A stretch of 64,000 nucleotides of DNA from contig OX597816.1 of assembly GCA_951406725.2 (NCBI GenBank), positions 149,668,001 to 149,732,000 of the forward strand, in the 5' to 3' direction. Under the pieces are notes generated by a model. That model saw nothing but the letters and a program-made list of their open reading frames with translations, was not told the DNA's origin and made no database searches. Position 1 is the first letter of the stretch. Each line of letters starts with the position of its first letter. This stretch comes from Octopus vulgaris. Its lineage: Eukaryota. The translations under genes were made by a program, and so were the position numbers. Below are positions 49,981 to 62,956 of the stretch, one piece after another.

Positions 49981-52099
49981 TATATATATATTGTTTAATG
50001 TCCATGTTCCATACTGACATGGTTACACACACACACACGTAATGGGCTTCTTTCAGGTTCTAATTTCCAAATTCACTCATTAGTTTTTGCTCAATCTGAG
50101 GCTATAGTAGAACACATTTAACTAAGGTGCCACACAATGCAACTGAGCCTGAAACTGAGATTAGGAAGCAACCTTTTTAACCATGCATGTACGCATGTGT
50201 GTGTGTGTGTCTTTACCAGCTAGATCATATTACCTTGTGTGGATATAAATGTCTTAGATTTCTGGTGGGTCATGATTCTTACACTGTTCAAGATAACCTT
50301 CTTGTGTTCATGCTACAATAATATGTACCTAAATCTGTGTAAAGTGGTTGGTTTCCAGGCACAGATATGAAGCTAAAATACAATGTACAAGTGAGTTATG
50401 GTTCTCTTGCCCATCTAGAAGGGCTGTAACTTTTAATAACTGATTTAGACCATGATGTCTTGTCTATCCCTTGGCAGATGGAAAGTAAATATAAAACAAT
50501 AATGATGATGACAGCAGTAGCACTGCCCCTTCATAAAAGTGTGTCTAAAGTTACTTGAAAGTAAACATAAAATGACAACAACAATGACCAGCAGTGTCAC
50601 CTCATCATAAAACTTGAATATGTCCTGATTCTTTGGGGATTAAGCCATAATAGAACTGCACCTTACCTGCATCAGAGGGGATATCAATAAACTCGTGTGT
50701 GCTCATCATACCTGGTATCCCCTCAAGACACAGACTAACTTGTGTTGTGATCCAGCCACTTCAATTCCAGATGGATAGTGAGCAGTCCCTGAGGCTGGTG
50801 AGGCATAATTTGGTTGGATCTTGAATGTGAATTGAGGAGCATAGGGCGATACAATATAAAACATTTGACAACTTATTAAAGTAACAATTCTAAACATTAA
50901 AAACAGTAATTAACAAATATTATTTTGGAGCAAGCTGTAGAAAACTAGGCCTAGATACATTACTGTGCCTAATATAATGCCTGATATTCCTGTGTTCTCA
51001 ATGGCTTCTCTCCCCTCAAACAGCATAAATTAAAATAAGTACTACTTCAGCTGATTGTGATTTGCATACTACTAATTTTGTTCTAGAAAATAAAATGAGA
51101 TCTATGCATATCTTTCTAGTTTATGTATTTACATTAAAATTGATATAGATAGTATTTTATAAAAAAAAGAAAAAAAACCAGTTTATAAAGTATTTATTCT
51201 CACATGGGAGAAGAGTTGTTCTTGTTAGCTTTCATTCTTTTTATTGGCTCTTGACCATCAAGTTTAATTTTTCTTTTATTTGTTTTGATGTCAGGTAAAT
51301 GAGATAGGTGATTTAATATACCTACAAAGTACATTACCATTGCTTAGATACTAATAACAAGTAAATAAGATAGCATAGTGATTAGATGCTAACTCCATGA
51401 CTCTTCAATTTAGCTATTGTGATTCCTTTTATAAGCTAACTATGTCATCTTAATTGAATGAAGTTTATATTCAAACTATTAAAGTGAGAATAAGTTAATT
51501 TACTATGAGGAAAAGAGAAGAGGAACATGCTGAGACATCAAACTTTTCCTCTTCTACACTGTTAACTTATTCCCACTTTGTGAGCTGTTTGTATTTACTA
51601 TTTACCAATGCAAACAATAGCCAGTTCCTTCAAAGTCTATTATTTTATTTTGATCTCTATTCAGGTGATCAACAGTTCTAAATGGATAGTGTTTCTTTCA
51701 TACACTTGTATGATAATGCATCACTTTCTGTTGTTTTAATATAATGTTATTTCATTCAGTTTTTCTGTCTATCTGTCTGTCTCCCCACCACCACCTCTCT
51801 CATCTAAGATTAACTTTACTGAGGTTGAACATGTATGAATTATTGGTTAAATGATATGAATAGATCTGAAAAAAAAACATGAAATTGACAGGCAACTGAA
51901 GATAACCAATCCTACTCAAGTTGAATAGATGATGTGAATTTTGTAAAAAGCATTGTGAGACAATGATATTGGCCATAATAGTGGTAGAGTAAGGAACATA
52001 TAAAATGAATGTTAACTTTGAGTTAGCTAATATCTAATTACAGTAGTATGGAAGAATATTACTGAAAAGTGATGATAATATTTATTTCTGCTGTTTCAG

Positions 52100-52191
52100 G
52101 TAATGTAATTAATATACAAACTGGAGAATGGGTTGGCATCATGAGTGGACTTGGAGCTGGTCTTGATTCCTTTTATGAATACTTGCTCAAG
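52100..52191 (+). CDS. EDEM1: EDEM1 coding exon 6 (92 nt)
   Basis: [30 protein letters not shown] (GH47 DSFYEYL motif). cAG and GTTAGA splice sites. Missing from the ORF track. Confidence 0.96.
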
Positions 52192-52647
52192 GTTAGATAT
52201 TTTTACAATGTTATTTTTCGTCATAGAAATTAATCATTTCAAAAACTAAAATGTTTTGAATTATACATACATACACAATCATCCTCATCATCATGTTTAT
52301 TTTTCTATTTTTGCATTATCAGATGAAATTCATTGAGACAAAATTTCTATGGCGTGTTATTCTTGTCACTAACCCTCACCTGGGTTTTTTTTTTTTATCT
52401 ATGTCTCACAAATTCCATTTTAAACTTGTGCAGATCTAAATGGTAAATATTTGATAATGGTACTGCAGCAACAGAGTTGGGGGAGAGCAATAAAAGAGCC
52501 TGTACCTAATGGTAGGGCAGATAATGATGGCCTAAGCCTTCTGCTTTAGGGTCAGAAAATACCTTGTTCTAGTCAGCTACTTAACTCTACAAACCTCCAG
52601 TAAGATCCAAAATGGAGTACTACTCTCACAGCTGGAATGATTTTTTT

Positions 52648-54570
52648 ATCATCAATTAGCATCCATCTTTCATGCTGGCATGAGTTGGACAGTTTGACGG
52701 TATCTGACAAGCTGGAGCACTGTGTTGAGTTCCAGTATCAGCTTCACATGTCTTCTATAACTGGATGCCCTTCCTAATGTCTACCACTCTAAAAATGTAC
52801 TGGCTGCTTTTTTCTTGACATCAGCCTTAGTGAGGTCACTTACTGCTAGTATTGAGAGGCTAAAGTATAATAGAGAGGTAGTGCTTTGATGTAGAAGAGT
52901 TACATAACTACCTAACATTATATAAAGGTGGGTGAGAATAGCTGGAAAGAAAGCAAGCAATGATAGTGGGGATAAAGTGTCAGAGCATACTTTCAAGATA
53001 TAAGATGCATGTAAGAGAGATTATGGACAAAGGATCAGGAAGGGTGGATGGATACGTCCATTGGAGTGTAAGAAGAAAGTGACAGATAGTTAAAGATGGA
53101 GCAAGCGGTGAATGGAACAAGATAAAGTGTGGTTGATAATAAATATCAGTATGAGGGTAGGGAAAGGAAGAGATAAGTGGCAGTACAGTAAAGATGGAGG
53201 ACAGCAGTGTAATAAATATGTAGATAGGCCAGAAAATAGGGAGATGATGTGCAGGGTGGAAAAGGGGAGAGTGAGACAGAGAAAGAGAGGTACAGTGACA
53301 GAGATGGATGTCAGGTACATTAGATTGGCTATAGTTAATGGGGAACAAAAGTGGGGGAGGCCATCATTGACAGATATGAGAGAGTGTTAAAGATGAAGTA
53401 TGACAGCCTTAAGATGTAAATCAAAAGAGAGATGACTGAGGCACAAAAAGAGGTGATTGGGTGGGGGTAAAATGAAGGATGAATTTTGAAAGAATGTGGT
53501 ACTAAGGAGAGGGGAGGTAACTGATAGAACACAGTGTGGATGAAATATGTGCAAATAGGTGGAGATGGTTTGATAAGGACAGACTGGATGCAGGGTCAAG
53601 GCTCAGTGAGTGTGTAGATATAAACATAATGCTTTAGGATATCACTTTTATCAAGACAAATGGATCTTCTCAAGCACAGCAAATCATCTCAATCACCAAT
53701 CATCTCTATCCTTTCCTTGGAGCTCAACATCTTGAGATCAGCCTTCACTATTCTGTCCCATGTCTTCCTGGGTCTCATTCATGCACGAATTCCACCCATA
53801 TTTAAGCACTTTTATATACAGTTGTTCTCATCCATATGCATCACATGACCATAGCAACACAATCTTCTCTCTTGCATGATTCTCCTTGTGCTCGATTCTC
53901 TTAACTCATTTGCGCACTGATGTTGCACATCTAGTGGAGCACACAAGCTTCATTCCTTTCTAGTTTTCACTTGTTGTTTGCATTCAGGGCCCATGTCTCA
54001 CTACCATGTAGCATTGTTTGTATACAAGCACCATACAATCCATCTTTCATTCAGAGAAAGAGGTTTGTGACCAACAGTAGTAAAAGCTCTCTGAACTTTC
54101 TTGAGCCAGTTCTTTTTCAAGTAACTTACTTTCACAACATTCCCATCCTCTGCAAATTAAGTTACCTAAGCAACAGTAACTATCTATTACCTCTAGGGAA
54201 CTTCCTCATTTGAGAAAATCTACTTCCTGTGTGTTCTTAGTGTTTATTGCTCCTGCACATTTGCCAGATACAAAGTTTCTTTTCTCTATTAACCTTTCTT
54301 GTGATTCCACTGAGCTTCCTTTGTGTGCATAGCTTGCACTGGATATACTATGTGGAATCTCTGCCTACACCTTTCTTACATATTGATCAAAGCCATTTTC
54401 CTGAAGGGGTATAAGTCCTGTTTGTTTTCTGCTTACTAGGACATTAGTTTTTGCTTAGTTAACTTTAAAGCTCTTTGGTTCCTGGTTTTGCTTCTACACC
54501 TGGAATCGTATTCCTAATTCTTCTACAGATTCTTCTATAAGAATGAGGTCAGCAACCTGTAGTTCCCAAG
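52648..54570 (-). mobile_element. Decayed RTE LINE 3' half
   Basis: Tail at ~52648-52830, purine-rich stretch (reverse of the CT-rich UTR), then the reverse complement of the RT C-terminal region seen at 4550-5460. Confidence 0.75.
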
Positions 54571-54589
54571 GAAACTACTATATGAGAAA

Positions 54590-55450
54590 GAATTAGATGG
54601 CCCAAGAAACATGAAATTCTGGAAGATGATGATGTGGAGGTTTATAGAACTAATGACCACATCAGAGAACTAGTCAACACACATGACAAAAAGGAGGGTT
54701 ACAGTAGAGTAAGGGACCTAGATAGAGTTGATGGTATTGTTGCATAGGGGAAAATGTTTTTTGATTGCTTGAGGAAATGTTTGGTAATAAATATAGGTAG
54801 GTTAGATAGTAGGTTGTACCAGATAACTTTATTTTCTGTTCTTATTTATTTGGTGTTATGTATTTAATCTGTTCTTTGAAGTTGTTTCGTTTGAAGGGAT
54901 TGTCATAAGTGTATGCATTATATAGAAGCAAGCTTTCTTTGTTGTATGAAAGTTTGGAAAGTCTGTAAGAAATACTTTTAGCTAAGTTTTTGATAATGGC
55001 GAGGGAGTGGTTGGAAGATGCCTATGTATTAGCTTTTGTTTGGATTTCATGGTGCATGTATAGATGTATGGAATAATTGAAGTCTAAGGTGTTGTCTAAG
55101 AAATTCAGTTTTTGTATTAATGCCTATCACTGTTGACCAACATTCATTTGTGTATAATTGTTAAGGAGTTTAATAACACTATTTGGTGTGTGGTTGAATT
55201 GATTTTGTATAGATTCTTCATTTTGATGTGTATTTAAATTGATTTGGAGAGTGAAGTTATTTTGTTTCTTAGGTTTTTCAAAAATCTATTATTTGTTGTA
55301 CTTCATGTTCTTGGTTAACTGAAATAGATTCTGTTCAAAGTGTGTTGGGAGGAAGGCATTTGGGTCTTAAGGCTATATTTAAGTTTAGAAGTAGACATTA
55401 TTATTATAATACAGAACTTTCCATCTTCTACTGGTTTCATTCTGGGCATG
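54590..55450 (-). mobile_element. Degenerate Penelope-like retroelement fragment
   Basis: Minus-strand traces KLNFLDNTLD and KVIWYN...KHF (compare VNFLDVTL and IIWFNPP...KHFP). Confidence 0.5.
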
Positions 55451-56237
55451 AATTTTTTGACTGATGTGGAGATGCTATATAGTGTTTAAGGATAGTGTGT
55501 GTGTGTGTTAGTTTCTGTTTCAAAAGAAAAAGGGCGATGTTGATTTGCTTGTTTTTATTTATTTTTCTTTTTGTATTGATGTATGAATGAGGCATATGTG
55601 TTTACACATTTGTGCATGGGTGAAGTAGACAGGTGGTAAATTGGATTCATATGTTGCTACTGGGGCTAGATGATTTAGGAATGAGAAAGTGTTGATTGTG
55701 CTGTGCAAGTTCTCCTACTTAAAACTAGTTAACATGCAAGTCATGCCATTTGGCCCTGATGATGTGTGTTTCTTAGAACCACAGATAGACAGTGGACCAC
55801 TCATTATGGTGATTGATGTTTCACACATACATTTGGCGCAATTAAATACTGCCACATCCATAGTTTCCTTGCTTACAAGAACATGTGGAAAGTTATGTTT
55901 TGAGCAACACCAATTTTTGATAACAAGATTTTGAAGGTATAGTTTATATTTCTAAGTGATAATTCTAATGCTTGTTCCTCTATTTCTTCCTTATTCAGTC
56001 ATTTATCTTAAGTGTAATTGGTCTGCCAAGAGGTCAGATCACTCACAATTCTTCAGGGTTCAGCAGTATCCTCTACTGATGTACCTTGTGGTCAAAGTCA
56101 TAGTTGAACACTACATGGAAACTCTAGTCATACACCTTATGCATTCAGCTCTTTCTTTTTCTACATCTCTGTATGCAGATTTTTGGACATGCACACCTAA
56201 TTAAATTCTAAATTTCCATTTACTTTCATTATTCTAG

Positions 56238-56320
56238 TCTTTCATTATGTTTGGTGATAATGAAGATCTGAAAAAATTTAATGAATCCTATGAAACAATA
56301 AAATTCCACATGCGAAGAGG
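56238..56320 (+). CDS. EDEM1: EDEM1 coding exon 7 (83 nt)
   Basis: SFIMFGDNEDLKKFNESYETIKFHMRRG. tAG and GTAAGT splice sites; phases fit both neighbours. Missing from the ORF track. Confidence 0.94.
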
Positions 56321-56629
56321 GTAAGTCTTTTCAAACATTCACAATTTAATTCTGATAAAATTCTTGTCTTTCTATCAACAGAACATATTCTGTACATGTC
56401 TTCCTATGGGCAGCATTTAATAATTTGATTCTATGTTACTGAAATCTTTTGGAGGAGTTCATCTCATCTCTACAAACTGGAAGCTCTTGTTTGTCTATGG
56501 CTTCTTGTGAAAGTTTACTATATTCTTCTACCTCATGCTCCTTATTTACAACTAAATACACTGGACCAACAGTTGTTGTCCCCAAATCAATAAACAATAC
56601 TATTCCAGTGCCTCCAATTTAATCTTAAT

Positions 56630-57245
56630 TATCACCATCATTTAACATCCATTGTCCATGCTGGAATGAGCTGGACGGTTTGACTGGGCTGGCATGTTGG
56701 AAGGCTGCACCAGACTCCAGTCTGATTTGGCATGGTATTGTACGGCTGGATGCCCTTTCTAATGCTAACCACTCTGAGAGTGTAATGGGTGCTTTTACAT
56801 GCCACCTGCACGGGTGTCATTTGTGGAACACCGGGGTGCTTTTACATGCCACTGGCACAGGTGCCAATTTGTGTGACACTGGTATCTGCCACGACTGATT
56901 TTACTAGGCTTGTTGGGTTTTCTTCTCAAGTACGACATAATGCCCAAAGGTCTGTCATTGCCTCTGTGAGGCCCAACACTTGAAAGGAACTCAGCCACTT
57001 TGTCTCTGCGAGGCCCAATGCTTGAAAGGTGTTCTTTACATGCTACCAGCACGGGTGCACTTGGCTTGACAGGTCTTCTCAAGCACAGCACATTGCAAAA
57101 GGGCTTGGTCACTAGTCATTGCTTCAGTGAAGCTCAAAGTTCAAAGATCATGCTTCACCACCTCATTCCATGTCTTCCTGGGTTTACCTTTACCACAGGT
57201 TCCCTCCACAGTTAGAGATTGGCACTTTACACAGCTGTCCTCATC
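56630..57245 (-). mobile_element. RTE LINE 3' end (tail and ORF end)
   Basis: Family tail, then the reverse strand reads GKGKPRKTWNEVVKHDL. Confidence 0.8.
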
Positions 57246-58243
57246 CTGTGTTGATTAAATCATTAGAAATGAATAATAGTAAGACAAAGTCTGAGTCTTG
57301 GGTTTATAAGCATTTAGTTGATTGGTATTCTTAACTATACTCAGTGATGAGTGAAACCTTATGCTTTGAAAATCAAATTTTAGGACATCATGATAGCAAT
57401 AAAGAGGTGATGACTATAGCAAGAAATACCTGTTTGATGATGAAGTTGAACATAAACTGACACTAAAATGGGTCCATTTTAGTTTTATTTTTTCATTATT
57501 AATAAATAGGAACTGCATCATTAATGTGATTTTTAGGAATACAGGATTTTTTTTTATGAAGACAAGGAGCAATATTTGTAACTTTTGCAGCTCGTCTCAG
57601 ACTGTGGTTAATGTAGCTGATGTTTATATGAAACCTCTGCTGATCCATGTTTGTATAGAAAATATAGATTTGGACAGAATAGATTTGGCAAAGTGTTCAG
57701 TATAAGGCCTGAGAACACACAGTAGAAATAGTGGTATGAAGAGAGGAATATGTATTAGGCAGGTATAATTATAGATGATACAGAGTTTACTAATTTACAA
57801 GAATAGTGATGGAGACAGCTTATGGGCTTATGGTTTAGTGCATTGGTGGGCTTGCATTTAAGGAGGAATACACTATTGTATACATACAATTTCTAATAAA
57901 ACTGAATGTATGATATGACTCTTAGTATGGCCATTAACCCCCACACATGCACACTACTTCCAACTTGTGTCAAAGTTGTAAAAGCATCAGACAAAATGTT
58001 TTAGTGTTTCTTCCAACTCTTTATGTACTGTGGCCAACTTTGCCTTTCATCCCTCTGGGACTGAGAAACAAAAGTACCAGTCATGCATTGTAATTGATAG
58101 TATAATCCCCACTAAAAAATTGTAGACTGTGTGTCTATATCAGAAACAATTATTAACTAATATTTTGTTATTTAAAGTATTGACTGGAGTTATTTAGTGC
58201 TTTTGATAATGTATTACCATGTTTAAGATGCGTTTTATTGCAG

Positions 58244-58364
58244 GAGGGTGCACTGTAATAAAGGATTGGGCCATCCCCCTTTGTATGTGAATGTCAACAT
58301 GAAAACAGGAGACACTGTTAACAATTGGGTCGACTCATTGCAAGCAGCTTGGTCTGCTCTTCAG
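58244..58364 (+). CDS. EDEM1: EDEM1 coding exon 8 (121 nt)
   Basis: [40 protein letters not shown]. cAG and GTTGGT splice sites. Confidence 0.96.
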
Positions 58365-58927
58365 GTTGGTAAGCAAATAAAGCTACTATATTTACTTGTA
58401 TATAATGGGGAGAAATTAAAACAAAATATCAGGATCAAAATTTGGTAGTGGGTTTATACTCAAGTGTGAAAAAACATGTGAGGATAAAACATGTTACTGG
58501 TTTTTAGACACAGGTATGACTGTGTGGTTATGAAGTTTGCTTTGGAGCCATGGAGTTAGGGGTTGTATCCCACAGCATGAATATTGTCATCAGTTAATGT
58601 TGTATATTACAGCTGCAAGTTCACCAGTACCTCAGGGTGAAATTAGTAGATAGCATGCCAGCATGGAAGGTGGATATAATGATGATCATGATGAAACTAA
58701 AAGAGCCTGTTTGTGTGTGTATGAGAGAGAAAGAGAAAGAATTTGACAAAAGCTAGCAAGTCACTGTCACTTCTCTTGTAATAATTTAATAAACATGTTC
58801 TCTGCAAAAAGGTATTGAGTAATTCTTCAGTTTAACGTTAAAATGTTTTTATCACAATTTAACATAAAAGCAAACATTTTATATATATATATATGAGGTA
58901 AAAGCAGCTCTAGTGTAATAAATACTA

Positions 58928-59092
58928 ATATGCTTTGTGTATTTTTGGTGGCTGAAAATGCATGGTGGAGTATACAACTCTCATGTCACTGGTGTTAAAA
59001 CACTTTAGAGTTATGGTGTTTTAACACTGGTGACATGAGAGTTATATACTCCGCTACGCCATTGCAGTCACCAGAAAATACACAAAGCATAT
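58928..59092. repeat. Imperfect foldback (MITE-like): ~76-bp arms, ~12-nt loop
   Basis: atatgctttgtgtattt...aactctcatgtcac..gtgttaaaacac pairs with gtgttttaacac..gtgacatgagagtt...aaatacacaaagcatat. Confidence 0.85.
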
Positions 59093-59936
59093 ACATTAGT
59101 CATCATCATCATCATCATTTAACGTCTGTATTATTGCTAGCATGGGTGAGACGGTACTACAAGAGCCAGCCAGTATATGTATTAAATAATATTTATTTTT
59201 ACACACACACACATATAAAATTAATATAAACAGCAGTTTGTAATGTTTCACCAAAAAGGAGAATTATAGATGTCACTAGGGTGTTAGGAAACACCTACAT
59301 TGCTAGAAATAAAAGCTAAACCACTCTAATGTTGAAGTTAACGCACATGAATGAAAACATATACACTAAGGATCATAGTTGTCCAAAAAGTGCTGATCGA
59401 GAATTCTTAAGAATTGATTGAATCTTCCATGTGTTAACATGTACCACCTTGTGACAGTGAAAACTTTCATTTAATGAAGATATCCTTGGCCTGAAGAATA
59501 GCCTGCAGTATACACCTCGCTTGGATATTTACCACTTCTGAGGTTCTGCTTGCTATGAAACATATGTAGCTTGGATCTTATCTGCACCATTCCTTAACTA
59601 TTATACTCTTATTTGCACACCTGGCAAACCTGATCACCTATCATGAAGTATAAAAACTTTTTTCAGTTTATCGTACTTTGATACAAAAAAATCCACAACC
59701 TTCCATCTCAATAAACCACTATTGTCCCTGAAAGTTGTTTTTTATATTTACTATGGATTGCTTGAAGCTAACTTTATTCCTACACCTTGATCCCTGGATC
59801 TTATATATATATATCATTATCATCATTTAACATCCGTTGTCCATACTGGTATGGGTTGGACAGTTTGACTGGGCTGGAAGGCTGTGCCAGGCTCCAATCT
59901 GATTTGGCATGGTTTGTATATATATACAAGTGAGAA

Positions 59937-60466
59937 TATAACCCGTGGCCTCTACCTGGGATGTAGCCAGCCCACTTATGCATACCTTTCCTTCTTGTGA
60001 CACAAACCCTACTTGTGAAGACCTGCTGAGGCAAGGGAAAATCAAAATCGAAATCGATCGACATCAATGGAAATTGTAGCTGTGATACCGGTGCCGGTGG
60101 CACATAAGAGAACCATCCGAACGCGGCCGTTGCCAGTGCTGCCCCAACTGGCCTCCGTGCCGGCAGCACATAAAAAGCACCGTCCGATTGTGGCCGTTGC
60201 CAGCCTCGTCTGGCCCCCGTGCTGGTGGCATGTAAAAAGCACCATGCGATCGTGGCCGTTTGCCAGCCTCGTCTGGCACCTGTGCAGGTGGCACGTAAAA
60301 AGCACCCACTACACTCACGGAGTGGTTGGCGTTAGGAAGAGCATCCAGCTGTAAAAACACTGCCAGATCAGACTGGGCCTGGCGCAGCCTACTGGCTTCT
60401 CTGACCCTTGTTGAACCGTCCAACCCATGCTAGCATGGAAAACGGACGTTAAATGATGATGATGAT
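59937..60466 (+). mobile_element. Young RTE-tail repeat copy (CpG-rich, several internal ~55-60-bp repeats), preceded by an inverted partial copy at ~59815-59915
   Basis: Repeated ggtggcac(a/g)taaaaagcacc...gtggccgttgccag units and a (gat)n tail. Confidence 0.85.
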
Positions 60467-60511
60467 ATATATATGTGCCAGCATGGACAGACATTAAATG
60501 ATGATGTTGAT

Positions 60512-60558
<47 letters not shown>

Positions 60559-62423
60559 GTTTGTATGAGTGGTTTTGTGTTTTCTCCTTATCTTACATGT
60601 ACTTGCTGACTGTAAAGGAAACAATCATGCTACTAAATACATACAGGCAGTGTCATATTCTTGCAATCAACCACAGAAACATGTGGGATTTTGACATGTC
60701 TTGACATGTGTGATCTTTGTTAGCAAAAAAGCTCATAACTATATTAGGTTTGTTTATTGTTGAATAGCCTAGGAGATTACTACCTTGCTTGGAAACAGGT
60801 GAAGGTATCTGGTTGTAGAAAATCTGCCTTAATGAATTCTGTCTGACTGACACAAGCATAAAAAATGTAGACATTAAAATGATGATAATGATGATTTTTA
60901 GGTTTCTCACCCACTAAAATGGGGACTGCATTATATTTAGGATCACATTCTACTCTAGTGAATACAGAAAGCATAATATTCTAAAAAGACATCGTGCATG
61001 ATCCCAATGACTGATCTCAGTTACACTACAGATCAATCCATCCAATGCCACCATTGAAACACGATGGTGGTGGTGGTCATAATGAGAATTTCTTAAATTC
61101 CTCTCTCTCTTACATAATTGCAGCTAACTGAATCATTAGGTGTACTTAAACTATGTTGCATTTAGTGAAAAATAATGTTACTAGTTATAGGTTTTTAACA
61201 GGTCAGTCACTGGTTTATTCTATTTCATTGGTTTCCTTGCTGATACTTACATCTTTTTAACCAAAATACATCTGTAAAAGATGTACATACACATGTACAC
61301 AAGCTTAGCTAAAGAAGAAATATCAACTGCCTGTAATAAGTCCAATTAGTAGAACATTTTAGTAAAGCCACTTAACTCATAACCTTCTGGCTCTAAATAA
61401 ATACAGTGAAATTGTAAAATTTACTGCTGTAGGTAGTGGGAGTATGGTATAATTGATAAGTGTTTCATTAATTTACAGAGTTGAGCTCAGAACCTCCCAT
61501 AGACCTGGAGAAAGAAACAAGAAACCATCCAGTGTATTATTTCCAGGGAAAAATCTGCTTCATCTACAGGATGATCAACAGCTCGTGTCAACCAGGCGGA
61601 ATATGCCATACTCTGTCATGCCATATACATTTTATGTGTATGTATGTATGTATGTATATGAGAAAATGATTATCCTTCAGCTAAAATAATTTGGGGATTA
61701 TTTGAGCAATGCCAAATATATATTAAGTATATGAGATTAATTCATATATATGCCTTGTGGTGTGGTATATGATATTTCTTGTATGAATAAATTGGCTGGT
61801 TGGATGAATATTTAGAAGTATGTGCATACACATATGATATAAAATATGTATGTATATGCAGAACATCTGCAGGCCCTCATAAAATTTGCTTCTTACATGA
61901 AACTAGTGGTAGCCTGCATAATATGAATAACTATGTTATACCCCTTATAAGGTACGTGTGTATATGTGTGTGTGTGTGTGTGTATACACATACATACATG
62001 CATACATATACACACACTCACATACAGATGTAAGCATGTCTGTAGTGCTGAGAAATTGTTTCTGAACAAAGTAGTTTTGGGTTCAGTCCTACTGAGTTGC
62101 ACCTTGGGCTTAGTGTGTTCTACTATAGCCTCAAGCAGACCAAGACTTTGTGAGTGCATGTGTCTCTTGTTTGTCTATATCTGTAATTGCTTGTACAACA
62201 CTTATGGTGAGTGGTGTTGTTATTATCAGTCCACAATTATCAGTTAACAAATGATCCAGTCACTTCATGCCTTTCAAGCTGAGTAGAATAAGAGATCCCT
62301 TACTTGGGAAAATAGGTAAGGGTTAGCATCAAGAATGACAACTGGATGTAAAGACTTCCTTGATTAAATATTCATTTAATCCATACAAGCATAAAAAAAC
62401 AGATATAGACAAATACACACATA

Positions 62424-62471
<48 letters not shown>

Positions 62472-62711
62472 CACACACACACACACGTAGATATAGATAT
62501 TACAAACAGCATGTTGTTATCAACCTAAAAGCCTGATGAGCATTAATTTACTTGCTTAGGTTTATAACAATGGTTATAGCAAAGTTTAAAAATTAGGATC
62601 ATACATATTGTCAGTATCTTACTGATATCGCCTCTTCTTATTAATTTTCATGAACCAATTTTCTCATTACCATCAGTGAGCTACTATTTGATTTCTTACT
62701 CTGTATTGTAG

Positions 62712-62956
62712 GTGCTTAATGGAGATGTTGAAGAGGCAATCTGTACTCATGCCTTCTTTCATACAATATGGAAGAAATATGGTGTTCTTCCTGAACGTTT
62801 CAACTGGCAGTTTAAAGCAACTGATCTTCAGTTTTATCCTCTTCGTCCGGAACTGGTTGAGTCAACGTACTTTCTTTATCAAGCTACAAGAAACCCCTTC
62901 TACCTCCATGTTGGCAAAGAAATTATCCACAGTCTCAACACGCACACAAGAACCAA
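62712..62956 (+). CDS. EDEM1: EDEM1 coding exon 9 (245 nt); gene continues beyond the window
   Basis: [33 protein letters not shown]...[28 protein letters not shown]...; tAG acceptor, AA|GTAAGT phase-2 donor. Confidence 0.96.

Noticed and set aside
52781-53599. Cluster of overlapping ORFs on both strands
   Set aside because: Low-complexity purine/pyrimidine-skewed 3' UTR of an RTE LINE, with no domain similarity.
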